This document shows, piece after piece, positions 29,763 through 32,000 of a DNA stretch of 32,000 nucleotides. Under the pieces are notes generated by a model that did not search any database, was not told the origin of the DNA, and saw nothing but the letters and a program-made list of their open reading frames with translations. How positions within the stretch are numbered: position 1 is the first letter of the stretch; every line of letters starts with the position of its first letter. This DNA is from Pirellula staleyi DSM 6068. GTDB taxonomy: Bacteria > Planctomycetota > Planctomycetia > Pirellulales > Pirellulaceae. The stretch covers positions 3,210,001 to 3,242,000 of the forward strand of contig CP001848.1 in NCBI GenBank assembly GCA_000025185.1. Reading direction: 5' to 3'. A program made the translations under genes and the position numbers.

Positions 29763-32000
29763 ATGCGTGGCCGTAATGCCCTTGGCAAGGAAGTGGTTCT
29801 CGTGAGTCTAGATCGCTGGCTACAGATTCACACGGCAACGCTCGCCGTTCTCGGCGCTCTCTTCCTGGGACTGGGGCAAAATCATACCGTCCTGCCACTC
29901 GTACTCGCTTTTGCGGCGGTAATCTCGGTCACCGGTTTGCCGCTTCTCAATTGGCTCCGGATGAATCGCATTCTCGCGAATGTGGTGGCCCTAGGGGCAG
30001 TCCTTTGGTCGCTCCGCGATTTCTTTTCGACCGAGAGCGATCGCCAGCTCATCGCCATCGCCGACATGCTCGTCTATCTGCAAATCGTCTTGCTCTTTCA
30101 GGGTAAAACGCAGCGCATCTACTGGCAATTGCTCGTCCTCAGTTTGCTCCAAGTGGTGGTCGCTGCAGCTCTCAATCTCGGTCCGCAATTTGGTCTGCTA
30201 CTGGCGGTTTATATCAGCATCGCGATCTCCGCCCTGGTGCTACTGTGCCTCCATCGCGAGTGCGTTCCTCCCGACTCGGTTCCCGCGACACCGATCGCGC
30301 CGGCACAACCCAAGTCGGCAGGTCAACGACTGCTCGGTTCGCCGATTGCGAGTGAATATCGCTATTCACTCACGTCGCGATCGCTCCGCCATTGGCCCTC
30401 GATGGTCTTTCGGCAAGTCGGTTTGCTGGCCTGTGCCACGATGGTTTTTGCGGTGATTTTCTTCTACGCCACTCCGCGTCTCGGGGAAGGTGCCTGGCAA
30501 GGCCCTCGTGGACGACTCCATCGCGAAACAGGCTTCACCGCCGATGTGCGACTCGGCGAGAGTGGCCGTATCGAGCAGACCGATAATCTGGTGATGCGTG
30601 TCGCACTCACGCGCTATTCCGATGGTCGGCCGTACACGCTGCTGGAAGAACCTTATTTCCACGGCATGGTGCTGACGCAATATCGCTCCGACCCGCTCGG
30701 CGGAAGTCGCTGGATGACGTCGAAACGGTCTCCCGGGCAGCAGGAAAATTTCTCGGTCCACGTGAATCAGCCCCCTTCACCCACGGCGGTGGTGCGACAA
30801 AGCATTGCGGTCGAAACACTCAGTTCCGACGTTGTTTTCGCTATTTTTCCGGTCCATCCACTCCCCGATACTCCGACCGAGCTGCGCTATAACCGCATCG
30901 CAACGCGCTTGGTGCGTGGCCCAGCCGAGGATCTCGGCTCGATGCGCGAGTATCGCTATTCCATCGGCACGATGGCGCTGCGCGACGGGCGTCAGCTGAA
31001 GTGTCAGCCGCACGCTAATGCGCTCATCAAAGAGGCCGATCTCTTCCAGCTCGAGTACGAAAAGCAAAGCCTCAGTTCGTACGAAGAATCGAAGTTCGAG
31101 CGGCTGAAAAAATTCACCGATGATTTGATCGCCGAAAAGCAGCTCACCAGCAGTTCGACCCTCGAGCGAATCAAGGCGCTGGAGGCGCATTTTCTCGAGC
31201 CCGACGTCTATACCTACTCGCTCGAGATGACCCGTAAACGCGATCGCACGGTCGACCCGATCGAGGATTTCGTCCTGAATCACCGGACTGGCCACTGCGA
31301 GTATTTTGCGAGCGCACTGGCGATGATGCTGCGAACGCAAGGAATCCCCAGCCGCCTGGTGATTGGCTACAAGGGGGGCGAATTCAATTTTCTCGGGCAC
31401 TACTATCAAGTCCGTGGTAAGCACGCGCATGCTTGGGTCGAGGCCTATCTGCCGGCCGATGAAGTTCCCGATGGCGAGCTCGCCGGAACTCCGAGTCTAG
31501 GTGGCGCTTGGTATCGGCTCGATCCTACGCCCGGGATTTGGGGAGACGAACTTGCGCGGTCGCGCGATTCGCTCACCGATCGTGTGGGAGATGCGTTCGA
31601 CTATGTCGATCTACTCTGGCGCGACTATGTGCTCGGGCTCAATTCGTCGCGCCAAAAGGACTCGATCTACGATCCACTCACCGAACGTGCTTCCGGCAAC
31701 ATACCTGGCTGGGACGAAGCTTCGCGATTTTCCGCGACCATGAAAACCATCATGAAGCGGATCGGTGTGAATACCGAACCACGCCCCGAAGATGGCCGCC
31801 AATGGTTCGACTGGCGGACCGGCCTGCTGGTGGTCGGAACGATCTTTCTGCTGATCACCATTTCGCAGGTCGGCATGTTCGTTTCGAAATTCGTAGCGAC
31901 GACTCGCAGCAAAAAAATCGCTACTCGCAAGTCGGCCGATGTTCCCCAGTTCTATCGCCGCCTCGAGGCGGTGTTGGCGACGATCGGTTTTCGCCGCGCT
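29763..32000 (+). CDS. TgpA-like membrane transglutaminase (DUF3488 N-terminal helices + transglutaminase-like core), 3' end outside window; absent from the ORF track
   Basis: By my own translation, the frame with codon starts divisible by 3 is open from the TGA at 29637-29639 to base 32000. It has N-terminal helices ('LAVLGALFLGLGQ', 'LVYLQIVLLFQG') and a catalytic triad context: 'GHCEYFASALAMMLRTQGIPSRLV' (Cys 31296-31298), 'HAWVEAY' (His 31428-31430), 'YRLDPTP' (Asp 31521-31523). ATG 29763 is the first ATG; GTGs at 29793 and 29802 are alternatives. Confidence 0.85.
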   Translation, partial: MRGRNALGKEVVLVSLDRWLQIHTATLAVLGALFLGLGQNHTVLPLVLAFAAVISVTGLPLLNWLRMNRILANVVALGAVLWSLRDFFSTESDRQLIAIADMLVYLQIVLLFQGKTQRIYWQLLVLSLLQVVVAAALNLGPQFGLLLAVYISIAISALVLLCLHRECVPPDSVPATPIAPAQPKSAGQRLLGSPIASEYRYSLTSRSLRHWPSMVFRQVGLLACATMVFAVIFFYATPRLGEGAWQGPRGRLHRETGFTADVRLGESGRIEQTDNLVMRVALTRYSDGRPYTLLEEPYFHGMVLTQYRSDPLGGSRWMTSKRSPGQQENFSVHVNQPPSPTAVVRQSIAVETLSSDVVFAIFPVHPLPDTPTELRYNRIATRLVRGPAEDLGSMREYRYSIGTMALRDGRQLKCQPHANALIKEADLFQLEYEKQSLSSYEESKFERLKKFTDDLIAEKQLTSSSTLERIKALEAHFLEPDVYTYSLEMTRKRDRTVDPIEDFVLNHRTGHCEYFASALAMMLRTQGIPSRLVIGYKGGEFNFLGHYYQVRGKHAHAWVEAYLPADEVPDGELAGTPSLGGAWYRLDPTPGIWGDELARSRDSLTDRVGDAFDYVDLLWRDYVLGLNSSRQKDSIYDPLTERASGNIPGWDEASRFSATMKTIMKRIGVNTEPRPEDGRQWFDWRTGLLVVGTIFLLITISQVGMFVSKFVATTRSKKIATRKSADVPQFYRRLEAVLATIGFRRA

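Noticed and set aside
30777-31430. 217-aa minus-strand ORF, the only sizeable track ORF in the last 2 kb
   Set aside because: The opposite strand carries an uninterrupted frame with a clear transglutaminase Cys-His-Asp core. The minus-strand ORF is its shadow.
1-32000. Scan for tRNA/rRNA genes, CRISPR arrays, IS elements and integrases
   Set aside because: The few 'GGTTCGA'-like strings lie inside well-supported CDSs without cloverleaf context. There are no regularly spaced direct repeats and no transposase- or recombinase-like translations in any frame. This was a visual scan only, so short or degenerate elements could be missed.

Overview
GC-rich chromosomal segment. Its gene content points to a Planctomycetota (Pirellulales-like) genome: a PSCyt/DUF1549/DUF1553 + DUF1501 pair, Tat-signal Gfo/Idh/MocA oxidoreductases and many long antisense shadow ORFs. 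This is a judgement from family content, not a database hit. I call 26 protein genes: partial larC; an ATP-grasp enzyme; a PlsC-type acyltransferase; a MATE exporter; an EVE-domain protein; two tiny tandem membrane peptides (one below the ORF-track cutoff); aguB-aguA; queG; a DoxX-like / Tat-GFO / TIM-barrel operon; a sugar-phosphate cluster pfp-[four-helix-bundle cassette]-HAD-gnd-SDR-zwf-AhpD-like; the DUF1501/PSD pair; a ROK regulator; a YjhG/YagF-type sugar-acid dehydratase; a DedA/TVP38 protein; and a 3'-open TgpA-like transglutaminase that the ORF track omits because it has no stop in the window. I saw no rRNA, tRNA, CRISPR array, transposase or integrase. The most interesting items are: (1) a translationally coupled DoxX-like (with a coiled-coil insert) + Tat-exported GFO oxidoreductase + xylose-isomerase-like TIM-barrel operon, a candidate periplasm-facing oxidative sugar/glycoside module; (2) a low-GC Avd/IVS-type four-helix-bundle gene bracketed by a 19-nt inverted repeat inside the pfp-zwf cluster; (3) two unannotated paralogous single-pass peptides divergent from the EVE gene; (4) a PA14-containing variant of the uncharacterised PSD + DUF1501 pair. 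All functional ideas are inference from sequence and remembered family motifs. No searches or computations were run.
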